Assembly: GCA_042408215.1 (NCBI GenBank)
Contig: JAYFMW010000030.1
Span: forward strand, 352,001 to 416,000
DNA from: Microcoleus sp.
GTDB taxonomy: Bacteria > Cyanobacteriota > Cyanobacteriia > Cyanobacteriales > Microcoleaceae
DNA length: 64,000 bases
Direction: 5' to 3'
A model generated the notes under the pieces. That model searched no databases. It worked only from the letters and a program-made list of their open reading frames with translations, and was not told the DNA's origin. Of the stretch, positions 28,481 through 39,187 are shown piece by piece; the first letter of the stretch is position 1, and the number at the start of each line of letters is the position of its first letter. The position numbers and the translations under genes are program-made.

Positions 28481-30634
28481 CTATTTATTCAACGCTTCGC
28501 GGGCGGCTACCGCTTCGTCGGGATGAATATTCAATCGGGTCAAGTTGATCCGACCTTTGTTGTCAATTTCTCGCACTTTGACAATCACTTCATCGTTGAC
28601 AGCTAACTCGTCTTCCACTTTTCCGACGCGGTAGTCGGCTAGCTGGGAAATGTGAATCATTCCTTCTTTTCCTGGCAAAATCTCTACGAAAGCGCCGATC
28701 GGAATAATTCGGGTAACGTGACCAACATACACGTCTCCTGCATTTAACTTGCGTGTCATGCCTTGGATAATGCTGTAAGCCCGCTGGGCTTTTTCGCCGT
28801 CGTTGCCGGCAATTGTCACTGTTCCGTCGTCTTCGATGTCGATTTTGACACCGGTTTCTTCGGTGATGGCTTTGATTGTTTTGCCGCCTGGCCCAATTAC
28901 TAAACCGATGAATTCGGGGTCGATTTTCAGGGTTAGCAAGCGCGGTGCAAAGGGTGACATTTCCTTGCGGGGAGTGTCGATGGTTGCCAGCATTTTTTGT
29001 AAAATGTGCAGTCTGGCTGGTTTTGCTTGGCGGATGGCGTTGGCTATCACGTCTAAGGGTAAACCTTTGATTTTCATGTCCATCTGCAAAGCGGTAATGC
29101 CGGTGTCGGTACCTGCTACTTTGAAGTCCATGTCGCCTAAGAAGTCTTCAATTGCCTGAATGTCGGTCAAAATTCGTACTTCGTCGCCTTCTTTAATTAA
29201 TCCCATTGCCGCGCCGCTGACGGGTTGGGACAGGGGTACGCCTGCATCCATTAATGCTAGCGTTGAGGCGCAAACGGAACCCATTGATGTGGAACCGTCT
29301 GAGGAAAGGACTTCTGAGACTACCCGAATCACGTAGGGGAAGTCTTCTTTGGATGGCAACACGGGGAGTAAAGCTCTTTCTGCGAGGGCTCCGTGACCGA
29401 TTTCTCGCCGTCCTGGCGATCGCATTGGCTTGGTTTCTCCCACGGAAAATGGCGGGAAATTGTAGTGGTGCAGGTAGCGTTTGTCTTGCTGTGGGTGCAA
29501 GTCGTCTCCTAGGTCTTGGGCATCGCCTGGGGTTCCCAGGGTGGCTGCGGACAAGACTTGGGTTAACCCCCGATTAAACAACGCACTGCCGTGTACTCGC
29601 GACGGGAGCACCCCTACGCGACAAGAAACGGGTCGCACCTCGTCTAGCTTGCGGCCGTCTACACGGACGCCATCTTCGACGATTTGCTTGCGCATCATTG
29701 TTTTGGTGACGTCCTTGAAAACGTTGTCGATCGCCTTGCTGTTGGCGGTGGCGGCTAGTTTTACTGGGTCGTCTTCTGAGAGTTCGGCGATCGCAGCTTG
29801 GACTGCATTTGCCTTAACTTCGTCTAAAGCTGCATTCCGCTGATTTTTGTCTTGTTCAAATTTCGACAAAATAAAGCGGATTGGGGCACAGGCGCGATCG
29901 CGAATAAAGTTTTCTAGGGTTGAGTCTAGGGATGGCCGTTCTTCCACCACCAAATCTATTCCCAATTCCGCCATAATTTCGCGCTGGGCTTGGATCAAGT
30001 CACAGGCTGCTTCGTAGCCGAAGTCGATCGCCTCGATGATATCCTGTTCGGGCAATTGATTAGCGCTGGCTTCCACCATGATTACTCCATCAGGAGAACC
30101 CGCCACCACTAGATCTAATTCGCCTTCTTTGATTTCGCTGTAGGTGGGGTTGATGATGAAATCATCCCCTACCAAACCGACTCGCACCGCCGCCATCGGC
30201 CCGTAAAACGGCATTCTTGCCAGCAGTATCGCCACTGAAGCGCCCGTCACCGCCAAGACGTCTGGGGGGACTTGTTCGTCCATCGACAGCGTTGTCGCTA
30301 CAACTTGGATGTCGTCTCTGAGCCAGCTCGGAAATAGCGGACGCAGGGGGCGATCGATCAAACGACCTGTTAAAGTCACTTTTTCTGGGGGCCGTCCCTC
30401 CCGCCGCAAAAATCCACCGGGAATTTTACCGCCTGCGTACAGTCTCTCTTCGTAATCCACCAACAGGGGTAGGAAATCAATTCCCTCTCTCCCCTGTGAA
30501 CGGGTGGCTGTTACTAAAACCGCCGTCTCACCTGACTGAATCAAAACTGCACCGCCTGCTTGAGGCGCCAGTAAACCAATCTTCAGTCTAATATCCCGTC
30601 CATCAAAGGATATTGACTTGTCTATCTCTACCAT
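28481..30634 (-). CDS. pnp: Polyribonucleotide nucleotidyltransferase
   Basis: Two RNase PH domains ([19 protein letters not shown]), KH and S1 domains. Confidence 0.97.
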   Translation of the reverse strand: MVEIDKSISFDGRDIRLKIGLLAPQAGGAVLIQSGETAVLVTATRSQGREGIDFLPLLVDYEERLYAGGKIPGGFLRREGRPPEKVTLTGRLIDRPLRPLFPSWLRDDIQVVATTLSMDEQVPPDVLAVTGASVAILLARMPFYGPMAAVRVGLVGDDFIINPTYSEIKEGELDLVVAGSPDGVIMVEASANQLPEQDIIEAIDFGYEAACDLIQAQREIMAELGIDLVVEERPSLDSTLENFIRDRACAPIRFILSKFEQDKNQRNAALDEVKANAVQAAIAELSEDDPVKLAATANSKAIDNVFKDVTKTMMRKQIVEDGVRVDGRKLDEVRPVSCRVGVLPSRVHGSALFNRGLTQVLSAATLGTPGDAQDLGDDLHPQQDKRYLHHYNFPPFSVGETKPMRSPGRREIGHGALAERALLPVLPSKEDFPYVIRVVSEVLSSDGSTSMGSVCASTLALMDAGVPLSQPVSGAAMGLIKEGDEVRILTDIQAIEDFLGDMDFKVAGTDTGITALQMDMKIKGLPLDVIANAIRQAKPARLHILQKMLATIDTPRKEMSPFAPRLLTLKIDPEFIGLVIGPGGKTIKAITEETGVKIDIEDDGTVTIAGNDGEKAQRAYSIIQGMTRKLNAGDVYVGHVTRIIPIGAFVEILPGKEGMIHISQLADYRVGKVEDELAVNDEVIVKVREIDNKGRINLTRLNIHPDEAVAAREALNK

Positions 30635-31026
30635 GTAGCACTGTTTCCTTATCTACCACATTCTTTCTCTGTCGGGATCGTAGCATTAACCACAGGGGTT
30701 TGAGGGACGAGAGCCAAAAGACAGGGATAATCCCCTGTTCGATCGAGTTTTGGCGCTGAAATTATGAGTAATTATACTCTGTTGTTTAGGTATTGTTGAG
30801 ATGGTCTGGTCGATGGGGCGATCGCCCAATACCTGAAATAGGTGGTACGATTGACTTTCGTTTGGGCCTAGGGCATTGGGCGCAGCGAAGCTCCGGGATG
30901 GGGCATGGGGCATAGGGAATTGGACAATTTTAGATTTTAGATTTTAGATTTTAGATTGATTGGTAATTTAAATCTAACCAATAACTAATAACTAATAACT
31001 TACAACTAATAACTGAGTTAAATAAA

Positions 31027-34000
31027 ATGGCAATTTTACACGGTAGCTGGTTACTCGATACAGAAGACAAAGGCTTATTTATTTGGGGGGAAACTTGGCG
31101 GAAAATTGGGGCGATCGATACCATAGAATCGGGGATGAATCTTCGCCTTCCCTTGGCAATGACCGAAGCTGAGTTAAAGACTTTCCTAACTTCCTTGCAG
31201 CAGTCGGGTAAACTGAATTGGCTGTTCCCCGAAACCGCCGAAACACCACAGGAACAAGGCAAAAAAATTAGGCGATCGGCAAAAAATCACAAGCCAGAAG
31301 TTACAGCGGAAAACTCATCAATTCGCAGGGAAATTCGGGCGATCGCACTTCCTACCCAAATCTCCGAATCTAACATAAATCTGGTGATGCCGCAGCACTC
31401 AGCAGCAGCACTTTCATCACCTGCAAAAATCGAAGAGATTTACCTTTATCCCTGGCAAGTTGAGGGTTTTTGTCTCAATCCTCAAGCAGCTTTTATTTTC
31501 TTGCAAGCACTGCCGCTTAACAGCACAGAAGCTGACTTTTTTGTCGGTTCTGATTTGCGTTTTTGGTCTTATATTGCTAGGTGGAGTTTAGATTTGTTGG
31601 CGAGATGCAAATTTTTACCAGCATTAGAAATACAGTCTGACGGTTCGGCTATTGCTAAATGGCAGCCTCTGTTAGATAGTTCTACAGATCAACTCCGACT
31701 CGCTACTTTTAGCAAGCAAATGCCGACGGCTTGTCGAACATATCAAGGGCAGGAAGAAGGAAATTCGGCAGCGGATTTAGTAACGGATTTAACGGATGCA
31801 AGACGAGGAAATTCGGCAGCGAGCAAGGTACGGGATATGGCGGTGGATTTGCCGGTGGGGGCCCAGGAGTTGGTGTTGGGATTTTTGAGCAGTGTTGTAG
31901 ACAGTCAAGTGCGATCGGCTATTAGTTCAAATCTTGGCTCAACATTAGAAATCAAAACAGTTTCTCCTACCCGCGAATGGCTGCAATCTTTGCAGCAGGA
32001 ATCTGGTATTTTTCAAGCAGAAGCCGCCGCCTTGGAAAAATTGGCAACCAAGCTGAGTTCTTGGACAGCACCGCTGCAAAATGCACTATCTCAACAACAT
32101 CAATTTCGCACTTGTTTTCAACTCATACCACCAGCGCCAGGAAAAGCTGAATGGAGTTTAAATTATTGTTTGCAAGCAGCAGATGAAAATGAATTTTTGG
32201 TAGATGCAAGAACTGTTTGGAACAACTCTGTCGAGCGTTTCAATTATGCAGGCAGGACTATAGAATTACCTCAAGAAACTTTGCTCAGTGGCTTGGGTTT
32301 AGCCTCAAAACTTTATCCGTTAATTGAACCGAGTTTGCAAGCACAGCGCCCTCAATATTGTCTTTTAAAACCCTTAGATGCTTACAATTTTATCAAGTCT
32401 GTGGCTTGGCGGTTTACTGACAGTGGATTGGGTGTAGTTTTGCCGCCGAGTTTGACCAAGACAGATGGTTGGGCGAGTCGTTTGGGTTTGAGTATTCAAG
32501 CGGAAACAACCCCCCCCAACCCCCCCTTGCTAAGGGGGGGCGCTGGAGAAACTAACCCCCCCTTAGTAAGGGGGGGCAAGGGGGGGTTAGGATTGCAAAG
32601 TCTGTTAAGTTTTAAGTGGGAATTGACCATCGGCGGACAGCGAATTTCTAAGGCTGAATTTGACAGGCTGGTAGAGTTGAATTCGCCTTTGGTGGAAATT
32701 AACGGTGAGTGGGTGGAATTGCGCGCGCCGGATGTGAGGGCTGCTCAAACTTTTTTTGCTAGTCGCAAAGAGCAAATGACTCTTTCTTTGGAAGATGCTT
32801 TGCGTTTGGCTTCGGGTGATTCTCAGACAATTGAGAAATTGCCTGTGGTGAATTTTGAGGCTACTGGTCAACTTCAGGAGTTGTTGAATACTTTAAATAA
32901 TAATGAGGCCGTAAGTGCGATCGCGCCGGCTAGTTTCCGAGGTGAATTGCGGCCATATCAAGCCCTAGGAGTTGGCTGGTTGGCCTTCTTAGAACGCTGG
33001 GGTTTGGGTGCTTGTCTCGCGGACGACATGGGTTGCGGTAAATGTATTTTACCACAAAATATTCTTTTTGTCAATGGTTTTTTACAAAAAGCTGAACAAA
33101 TCTGGGAAGCTTATGCCGGCAAGACAGAATTTGATGGTGAGGGGTTTTGGGCTGAACCTAACGAGCAATTACTGGTGAATTCCATCAATCAGGAAACAGG
33201 CAAAATTGTCGAGGCGAATATTCGACGGCTTTACCGCCAGCAAGTGCAAGAAAAGTTGCGAACCATCAAACTACAAGATGGTAGCAGCATCACCATTACT
33301 CGCAGCCACAAATTGTTAGTACGGGATAGCTGGACAAATGACCTTAAGGTTGGAGATTATGTTTGTGTTCCTGCTAAATTGTATTGGGAAGGAAAGCCGG
33401 AAGATCCTGATTTAGTGAAGTTTCTGGCTTGGCAGATTGCTGAGGGATACGAGAATCGCGATCGGGCCATGCTCACCATAGGACAAAAAGATGTGGCAGT
33501 TCTTGAAGAATTGCGTTTCACCCTTCATCATTTAAGCAAAAAGTATGGGATAAAAATCAATAATCCTGCTGTTCGTACTCCCGGTAAGCAAAGAGTAGCA
33601 TATTTATCTGTATGCAGTCGAGAATACCAAACCTTTCTTGAGTCTAAAGGCTACGAGTGGGGGAAACTGTCAGCCGAGAAAAGCTTCCCACAATTCATCA
33701 TGCAAGCCAATCTTGATAGCATCAGAATTTTTCTTAAAAACTACTTTGATGCTGAAGGTTCTGTCCTTCTTAACACGCGAAATATCGAAATTAGTAGCGC
33801 TTCGCCTTTACTAATTCAGCAACTTTCTACACTGCTGCGGCGCTTTGGAATTTGGCTGCGAATCAGCGCTAAACAAAAACGTGCCACCAATGGCAGCGGT
33901 ATTTTTCGCACCTATTATATCGGTACTTTTGGTGGGAACTCAGTTCGCATATTTTTGGATGAAATTGGTTTTGGTTATCCAGAAAAACAGCGTAAATTAG

Positions 34001-35808
34001 ATCTGATTTGCGAAGCGACTTGCAACACCAATGTTGAAGGGATTCCAGTTTCTGATATCGTCGCTCGTGCAGTGGAAATTACAAAATTACCATTGCGCCA
34101 TTTTGGAATGCACAACCCGGTTTATATCAACGGTTCCCAGCAATTTTCACACACGAGTCTGACAAGGGTAGTCGCTGGGATGGACAATATTCTAGATGGC
34201 TCCGCAGAACAAGAATACCGTCAGCTAAAGCTTTCAAAGTGGACGAATCAGACTCTAGAAGCTTATGCAAATTTAGACACACAACAGCTACAGACAATCA
34301 GACAAAGTTTACAAGTTGTTCTCGACCAAGAAGTATTTTATTGTCGGATTGAAGAAATTGAGGAGTTTGAGTATGAAGGGTGGGTTTATGATTTTGAGGT
34401 TGGCAAACATCACAATTTTGTTGCCAATAATATTTTGTGCCATAACACTGTTCAGCTAATTGGTTTTCTCCTGCATTTACAAGAAAACAATTCCTTGGAA
34501 GGGCCGACATTACTGGTTTGTCCGACATCGGTATTGGGTAACTGGGAACGGGAAGTCAAGAAGTTTGGCCCGACACTAAAAGTATTACTGCATCACGGAG
34601 ATCGACGCGCTAAAGGCAAAGCATTTGCTACTGCAATTAAGGGAAAAGATTTAATCATTACCAGTTACGCCCTAGTGTTTCGCGATGCGAAGGAAATTCA
34701 AGGTACTAAATGGCAAGGATTGGTTTTGGATGAGGCACAAAATATTAAAAATTCGGAGTCTCAGCAGTCGAAAATAGTACGAGAAATCGAGGCATCTTTT
34801 AAAATTGCGCTGACAGGAACTCCGGTGGAAAATAGACTGCAAGAATTGTGGTCAATTTTAGAGTTTCTGAATCCGGGGTATTTGGGGCCACGCAATTTCT
34901 TTCAGCGCCGGTTTGCAATTCCGATCGAGAAATATGGCGATCGCGAATCTTTGCAGACTTTGCGATCGCTAGTTCGGCCTTTCATCCTCCGCCGCCTGAA
35001 AACTGACAAATCAATCATCCAAGATTTGCCCGAAAAACAGGAAATGACTGTGTTTTGCGGACTGGCGACTGAACAGGCGACATTATATCAGCAAATAGTC
35101 GAAACGTCAATAGCAGAATTGGAATCTGCCGAAGGTATTCAGCGCCGGGGCATGATTCTGGCTTTGTTGGTAAGACTCAAACAACTTTGCAATCATCCGG
35201 CTCTTTTGACGGCTAAACAAAACCCGAAAGCCTTGGGAATTAAGAGTCAGGAGTCGGGGAAATTGCAGCGGTTGTTGGAAATGTTGGAAGAGGTTGTCGC
35301 TGAGGGCGATCGCTCTTTAATTTTCACTCAATTTGCGGAATGGGGAAAACTGCTCAAACCGCATCTAGAACAGCATTTAGGTCGAGAAATTCTGTTTTTG
35401 TATGGCGGAATTAAGCAGCAGCAGCGGGAAGAAATGATCGATCGCTTCCAGCATGACCCCCAAGGCCCACCGATTATGATATTATCTTTAAAAGCTGGCG
35501 GTACGGGCCTCAATTTAACGCGAGCAACTCATGTTTTTCACTACGACAGGTGGTGGAACCCAGCAGTAGAAAATCAGGCAACTGACCGCGTATTTCGCAT
35601 TGGTCAAACTCGCAATGTTCAAGTACATAAATTTGTGTGTACTGGTACATTAGAGGAAAAGATTCATGATATGATTGAAAGCAAGAAAGCCTTGGCAGAA
35701 CAAGTTGTCAGTGCTGGGGAAAACTGGATTACCGAGTTGGATACAGACCAACTTCGCAATTTACTAATTCTCGATCGCAATGCTATCATAGAAACGGAAG
35801 AAGAATAA
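31027..35808 (+). CDS. SNF2-family helicase containing an intein
   Basis: LRPYQ, LADDMG.GK..T, DEAQNIKN, LTGTPVEN, SLKAGGTGLNL, QATDRVFRIGQ. Confidence 0.93.
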   Translation: MAILHGSWLLDTEDKGLFIWGETWRKIGAIDTIESGMNLRLPLAMTEAELKTFLTSLQQSGKLNWLFPETAETPQEQGKKIRRSAKNHKPEVTAENSSIRREIRAIALPTQISESNINLVMPQHSAAALSSPAKIEEIYLYPWQVEGFCLNPQAAFIFLQALPLNSTEADFFVGSDLRFWSYIARWSLDLLARCKFLPALEIQSDGSAIAKWQPLLDSSTDQLRLATFSKQMPTACRTYQGQEEGNSAADLVTDLTDARRGNSAASKVRDMAVDLPVGAQELVLGFLSSVVDSQVRSAISSNLGSTLEIKTVSPTREWLQSLQQESGIFQAEAAALEKLATKLSSWTAPLQNALSQQHQFRTCFQLIPPAPGKAEWSLNYCLQAADENEFLVDARTVWNNSVERFNYAGRTIELPQETLLSGLGLASKLYPLIEPSLQAQRPQYCLLKPLDAYNFIKSVAWRFTDSGLGVVLPPSLTKTDGWASRLGLSIQAETTPPNPPLLRGGAGETNPPLVRGGKGGLGLQSLLSFKWELTIGGQRISKAEFDRLVELNSPLVEINGEWVELRAPDVRAAQTFFASRKEQMTLSLEDALRLASGDSQTIEKLPVVNFEATGQLQELLNTLNNNEAVSAIAPASFRGELRPYQALGVGWLAFLERWGLGACLADDMGCGKCILPQNILFVNGFLQKAEQIWEAYAGKTEFDGEGFWAEPNEQLLVNSINQETGKIVEANIRRLYRQQVQEKLRTIKLQDGSSITITRSHKLLVRDSWTNDLKVGDYVCVPAKLYWEGKPEDPDLVKFLAWQIAEGYENRDRAMLTIGQKDVAVLEELRFTLHHLSKKYGIKINNPAVRTPGKQRVAYLSVCSREYQTFLESKGYEWGKLSAEKSFPQFIMQANLDSIRIFLKNYFDAEGSVLLNTRNIEISSASPLLIQQLSTLLRRFGIWLRISAKQKRATNGSGIFRTYYIGTFGGNSVRIFLDEIGFGYPEKQRKLDLICEATCNTNVEGIPVSDIVARAVEITKLPLRHFGMHNPVYINGSQQFSHTSLTRVVAGMDNILDGSAEQEYRQLKLSKWTNQTLEAYANLDTQQLQTIRQSLQVVLDQEVFYCRIEEIEEFEYEGWVYDFEVGKHHNFVANNILCHNTVQLIGFLLHLQENNSLEGPTLLVCPTSVLGNWEREVKKFGPTLKVLLHHGDRRAKGKAFATAIKGKDLIITSYALVFRDAKEIQGTKWQGLVLDEAQNIKNSESQQSKIVREIEASFKIALTGTPVENRLQELWSILEFLNPGYLGPRNFFQRRFAIPIEKYGDRESLQTLRSLVRPFILRRLKTDKSIIQDLPEKQEMTVFCGLATEQATLYQQIVETSIAELESAEGIQRRGMILALLVRLKQLCNHPALLTAKQNPKALGIKSQESGKLQRLLEMLEEVVAEGDRSLIFTQFAEWGKLLKPHLEQHLGREILFLYGGIKQQQREEMIDRFQHDPQGPPIMILSLKAGGTGLNLTRATHVFHYDRWWNPAVENQATDRVFRIGQTRNVQVHKFVCTGTLEEKIHDMIESKKALAEQVVSAGENWITELDTDQLRNLLILDRNAIIETEEE
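32508..32588 (+). repeat. CCCCCTT-N-AAGGGGG palindromic repeat translated in frame within SNF2
   Basis: Encodes TPPNPPLLRGGAGETNPPLVRGGKGG; same repeat family is intergenic elsewhere. Confidence 0.8.
33043..34446 (+). mobile_element. Intein (468 aa) with LAGLIDADG homing endonuclease in the SNF2 Walker A motif
   Basis: GK|CILP..TRSHKL..FLAWQIAEG..YFDAEGS..VYDFEV..HNFVANNILCHN|T. Confidence 0.95.
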
Positions 35809-35820
35809 CTACGCACTTTG

Positions 35821-36013
35821 ACCAAAGAAACCGGGTTTTTTACCAGGCTTAAAGGTGATAGTCCAGTTATTCGTAAAAACCCGACCAAAGAAACCGGGTT
35901 TTTACCAGGATTAAAGGTGATAGTCCAGTTATTCGTAAAAACCCGACCAAAGAAACTGGGTTTTTACCAGGATTAAAGGTGATAGTCCAGTTATTCGTAA
36001 AAACCCGGTTTCT
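35821..36013. repeat. Three tandem units of about 62 bp
   Basis: ACCAAAGAAACCGGGTTTTTACCAGG..TTCGTAAAAACCCG x3; the AAACCCGGTTTCT ends recur at 47211-47275 and 52290-52357. Confidence 0.88.
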
Positions 36014-36086
36014 GACTCTCCTAGATCGATCAAGCTTTCTTCCTTCTTCCTTACTCCTTCTTCCTTATTCCTTCTTCCTTCGGCTT

Positions 36087-36914
36087 ATGATTGACAGAGA
36101 ATGGTGGACGCAACAATGGCTTGATTTAATCAATACCTACCGCTTCAAAAAGCGTTTAGAGCGCGGCTGGCAATACGCGCGGGAAGGTAAGGTTCTCAGC
36201 ATTAAATTTCCCAACCAAGAAGTAATCGCGCTCGTTCAAGGTACCGATCCAAAACCTTATCAAGTTTCTTTAGGACTCGATACATTGAGCGATGAAGATT
36301 GGGATTATGTGATTGAAAATATGTCTCAAAGAGCTATTTTTTCTGCGAAACTATTAGCAGGAGAAATGCCGCACAATATAGAAGATGTATTCGCAGCCGC
36401 CGGCAAAACGCTATTTCCGTTAAGTTTGTCGGATATTCGATCGCGCTGTAGCTGTCCTGACCCCAAAAATCCTTGCAAACACATCAGTGCAGTATACTAC
36501 TTATTGGGCGATCGCTTTAGCGAAGACCCTTTCGTACTCTTTCAACTGCGCGGCAGAACTAAAGAGCAAATCTTGACAGCACTCCGCCAAAGGCGAGGTA
36601 TGGAAGGAGGCGAAAATACACAACTCAAATCGGGCGAGAATTCCCCAAATTCTAATTCTCAATTGCCCAAAGTCGATCGCTTTTGGGAATACAACCAGCA
36701 ACTAGAATCATCTCTAGTAGTAATTGTACCCCCACCGAGCAGCGAAACAGTTTTAGATATTTTAGGCCCAATTCCCCTAACAACTGAAGGTAAAGGAACC
36801 GCCAGCAAATCATCCCCTGCATCTGAGGCGCTCAAGCAGCATTTTGCCAAAATTTACCAAGCAGTTAGCCAGCAAGCAGTTTTAGCAGCACTAAAACGGG
36901 GCGAAGCAGATTAA
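36087..36914 (+). CDS. SWIM zinc-finger protein (SNF2 partner)
   Basis: CSCPD..PCKH; ATG 36087 preferred because the upstream in-frame part is repeat-derived. Confidence 0.88.
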   Translation: MIDREWWTQQWLDLINTYRFKKRLERGWQYAREGKVLSIKFPNQEVIALVQGTDPKPYQVSLGLDTLSDEDWDYVIENMSQRAIFSAKLLAGEMPHNIEDVFAAAGKTLFPLSLSDIRSRCSCPDPKNPCKHISAVYYLLGDRFSEDPFVLFQLRGRTKEQILTALRQRRGMEGGENTQLKSGENSPNSNSQLPKVDRFWEYNQQLESSLVVIVPPPSSETVLDILGPIPLTTEGKGTASKSSPASEALKQHFAKIYQAVSQQAVLAALKRGEAD

Positions 36915-36960
36915 CCGTTTTTGTAGGGGGTTCTCGTGATTACCGACAGGGCTACAATTT

Positions 36961-37074
36961 CTAATGGCGTTTAGCAGTAGAAGGAGGGTTGGTCAAGCGC
37001 AACCAAGTTGCCAAAGTGCCTACCGCGAAGATTGAAGCCAAGCTAAAAGTCAAGAAAGTCTCAAATGCTGACAT
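36961..37074 (-). CDS. Putative 37-aa single-helix membrane protein
   Basis: MSAFETFLTFSLASIFAVGTLATWLRLTNPPSTAKRH*; below the ORF-track cutoff. Confidence 0.4.
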   Translation of the reverse strand: MSAFETFLTFSLASIFAVGTLATWLRLTNPPSTAKRH

Positions 37075-37202
37075 AGGGGTGTTCCCATTTGGTGAATTAA
37101 AGGAATCTTGCTATTATTTATATCAGCATCGATCGATATTTTCAACCGATCGCCCACAAAGTTTTTACTACTTAACGTTTCGTAACATTACATAAAACAA
37201 CA

Positions 37203-37841
37203 TTACAATTCATTCAGATTATGGATCGCTTCTATTAATTCCTGGGGTTTTTCAATCAAAAAATCGGGATTGTGTGCCGCCAAAGTTTCCTGAGAATTAA
37301 AACCCCAACCTACAGCAATTACCTTAATTCGAGTTTTTTTAGCCGCGTCTATATCTCTAATTTCATCTCCCACATAAACGACTTGTTCGGGATTGATATT
37401 CTGTTTTTTCAACCACCTGTTAATTACTTTATGTTTCCCAAAAGTTGTGCCGGATTCAATAAAATCAAAGGTATCTTCTAAACCGTTTTTTTTCATGGAA
37501 ACCACAACATTTTCTCTAGAGTTAGAGGTGATAATACCCAGTTGAAAACCGCCGTTTTTTAACTCTAATAAAACTTCTTTAATCCCAGGGAATAAATGAA
37601 TATTGGTAATTTCACTCCGTAACTCTGCTTTCAACTTTCTAATTAGCAGCGGGAATTTGAAGATGGAAATTCCCGAATACTTCAAGATTTGCCAAGAATT
37701 TAAATTGCTCAGTTGAGCGAGTTCCTCTTTGGTGGCAGACTTAAAGCCGAATTCTACTGACAAACGATTGGTTATGCTTAGAAGAACATCTATTGTATCT
37801 GCTAACGTACCGTCAAAATCAAAAATAATTACTTTGAGCAT
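37203..37841 (-). CDS. HAD-family phosphatase (Gph-like)
   Basis: FDFDGT, TSN, GK, VGDE..D motifs. Confidence 0.9.
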   Translation of the reverse strand: MLKVIIFDFDGTLADTIDVLLSITNRLSVEFGFKSATKEELAQLSNLNSWQILKYSGISIFKFPLLIRKLKAELRSEITNIHLFPGIKEVLLELKNGGFQLGIITSNSRENVVVSMKKNGLEDTFDFIESGTTFGKHKVINRWLKKQNINPEQVVYVGDEIRDIDAAKKTRIKVIAVGWGFNSQETLAAHNPDFLIEKPQELIEAIHNLNEL

Positions 37842-37947
37842 TTAAACTACGTTGTGGGCATGGGGCATTGGGCATGATTGGAACTAACAAATAACCAACA
37901 GTCAACAACCAACAGTCAACAGCGTTTCCCTGAGCGAAGTCGAAGGG

Positions 37948-38910
37948 TCAACAATCACCTGACGGTGCAACCGGAATTGATATAATTTGATTTGCCCTCG
38001 CATTTCGCCGCAGCATTTCTGGTTTAATTCGCCGCAATGCGGAAGCAGTAAATCTGCGGTTCCACTCTTCATCGGAAATTTCTGCCAATTCTGCAAGTGT
38101 CGGTGCTATATTTTCAGGATAAGGCTCAAATTCCGCCACATCAGTTGCTTTTGCAAAACGCTGATTCCAAGGACAAACATCTTGACAAATGTCGCAACCT
38201 GCTACCCAACCTTGTAAATTAGATGCGATTTCGTCTGGCAGTTTTTCGGCTCGATTCTCGATCGTATGATACGCTATACATCGATCGGCATTAACGACAA
38301 AAGGCTCAGTAATCGCCCCCGTCGGACACGCATCAATACAGCGAGTGCAGGTTCCGCAATGTTGAGTATGCCCAGAATCTGGCACTAACTCCAAATTCGT
38401 CAAAACTTCACCCAAAAACACCCAAGAACCGTATTCCCGCGAAATTACATTACCATTTTTAGCAATCCAGCCAATCCCCGCCCGCTGCGCCCACACCTTA
38501 TCCTGAATTGGGCCGGTATCAGCATAATACCGCGCTTCAATGCCCTCGCCTTGCGATCGCACCCAATCCGCCAAAACCTTCAGTTTTTTGTGCAGAATTT
38601 TATGATAATCCCGTCCCCAACCGTAGCGAGAGATTTTGGCATATTCGGCACTGCCCGGGCGTTGGTGAGGCGTATAGTAATTGATGGCGACACATATTAA
38701 GGACTTCACCTCTGACATAGAAGCACGAATATCCTGACGTTTCGGGTTAGCCATCCATCCCATATCCGCCTGATAACCCTTGTCTAGCCACCTCTGCAAC
38801 CTTTGTGCTTCCTCGTCAGTGCCGCAGTCTACCAAAGCTATCCCAACCTTGTGAAATCCCAATTCTAGGGATTTTTGCTTCACCAAAATACTGCTAATTG
38901 GTGCTTTCAT
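37948..38910 (-). CDS. queG: Epoxyqueuosine reductase
   Basis: SRYGWGRDYH, CGTCTRCIDACPTGA, GCDICQDVCPWN. Confidence 0.95.
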   Translation of the reverse strand: MKAPISSILVKQKSLELGFHKVGIALVDCGTDEEAQRLQRWLDKGYQADMGWMANPKRQDIRASMSEVKSLICVAINYYTPHQRPGSAEYAKISRYGWGRDYHKILHKKLKVLADWVRSQGEGIEARYYADTGPIQDKVWAQRAGIGWIAKNGNVISREYGSWVFLGEVLTNLELVPDSGHTQHCGTCTRCIDACPTGAITEPFVVNADRCIAYHTIENRAEKLPDEIASNLQGWVAGCDICQDVCPWNQRFAKATDVAEFEPYPENIAPTLAELAEISDEEWNRRFTASALRRIKPEMLRRNARANQIISIPVAPSGDC

Positions 38911-39097
38911 TTGACTCCGGGCAAATATTTAAGTTAGTATTGACAATTTTAACTTTATATGATATAAAAAGCGATTTTAACGATCGACTTTCTACATATA
39001 CTAATTTTGTTTATAGTTTAGTGACGGCGATCGCAATTTACCAAACCATTGATTATAGTTTTGTAACTCAGCTATATGTAATTTATATTGGCAATTG

Positions 39098-39115
39098 TTA
39101 ACAAAATGTTACATA
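39098..39115 (+). promoter_or_regulatory. Putative HLR1 (RpaB-binding) direct repeat upstream of ocp
   Basis: TTAACAAA-AT-GTTACATA resembles (G/T)TTACA(T/A)(T/A)-N2-(G/T)TTACA(T/A)(T/A). Confidence 0.45.
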
Positions 39116-39187
39116 CTTTTAATCAAGGGAAATCCAGGTTCGCCAATGACCGTACCTCACTAAAACCGCGAATCTCACAAAATACAC

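Noticed and set aside
35821..36086. CRISPR array, or N-terminal extension of the SWIM protein from 35979
   Set aside because: Simple tandem repeats with no spacers; the extension is repeat-derived, so ATG 36087 is preferred.
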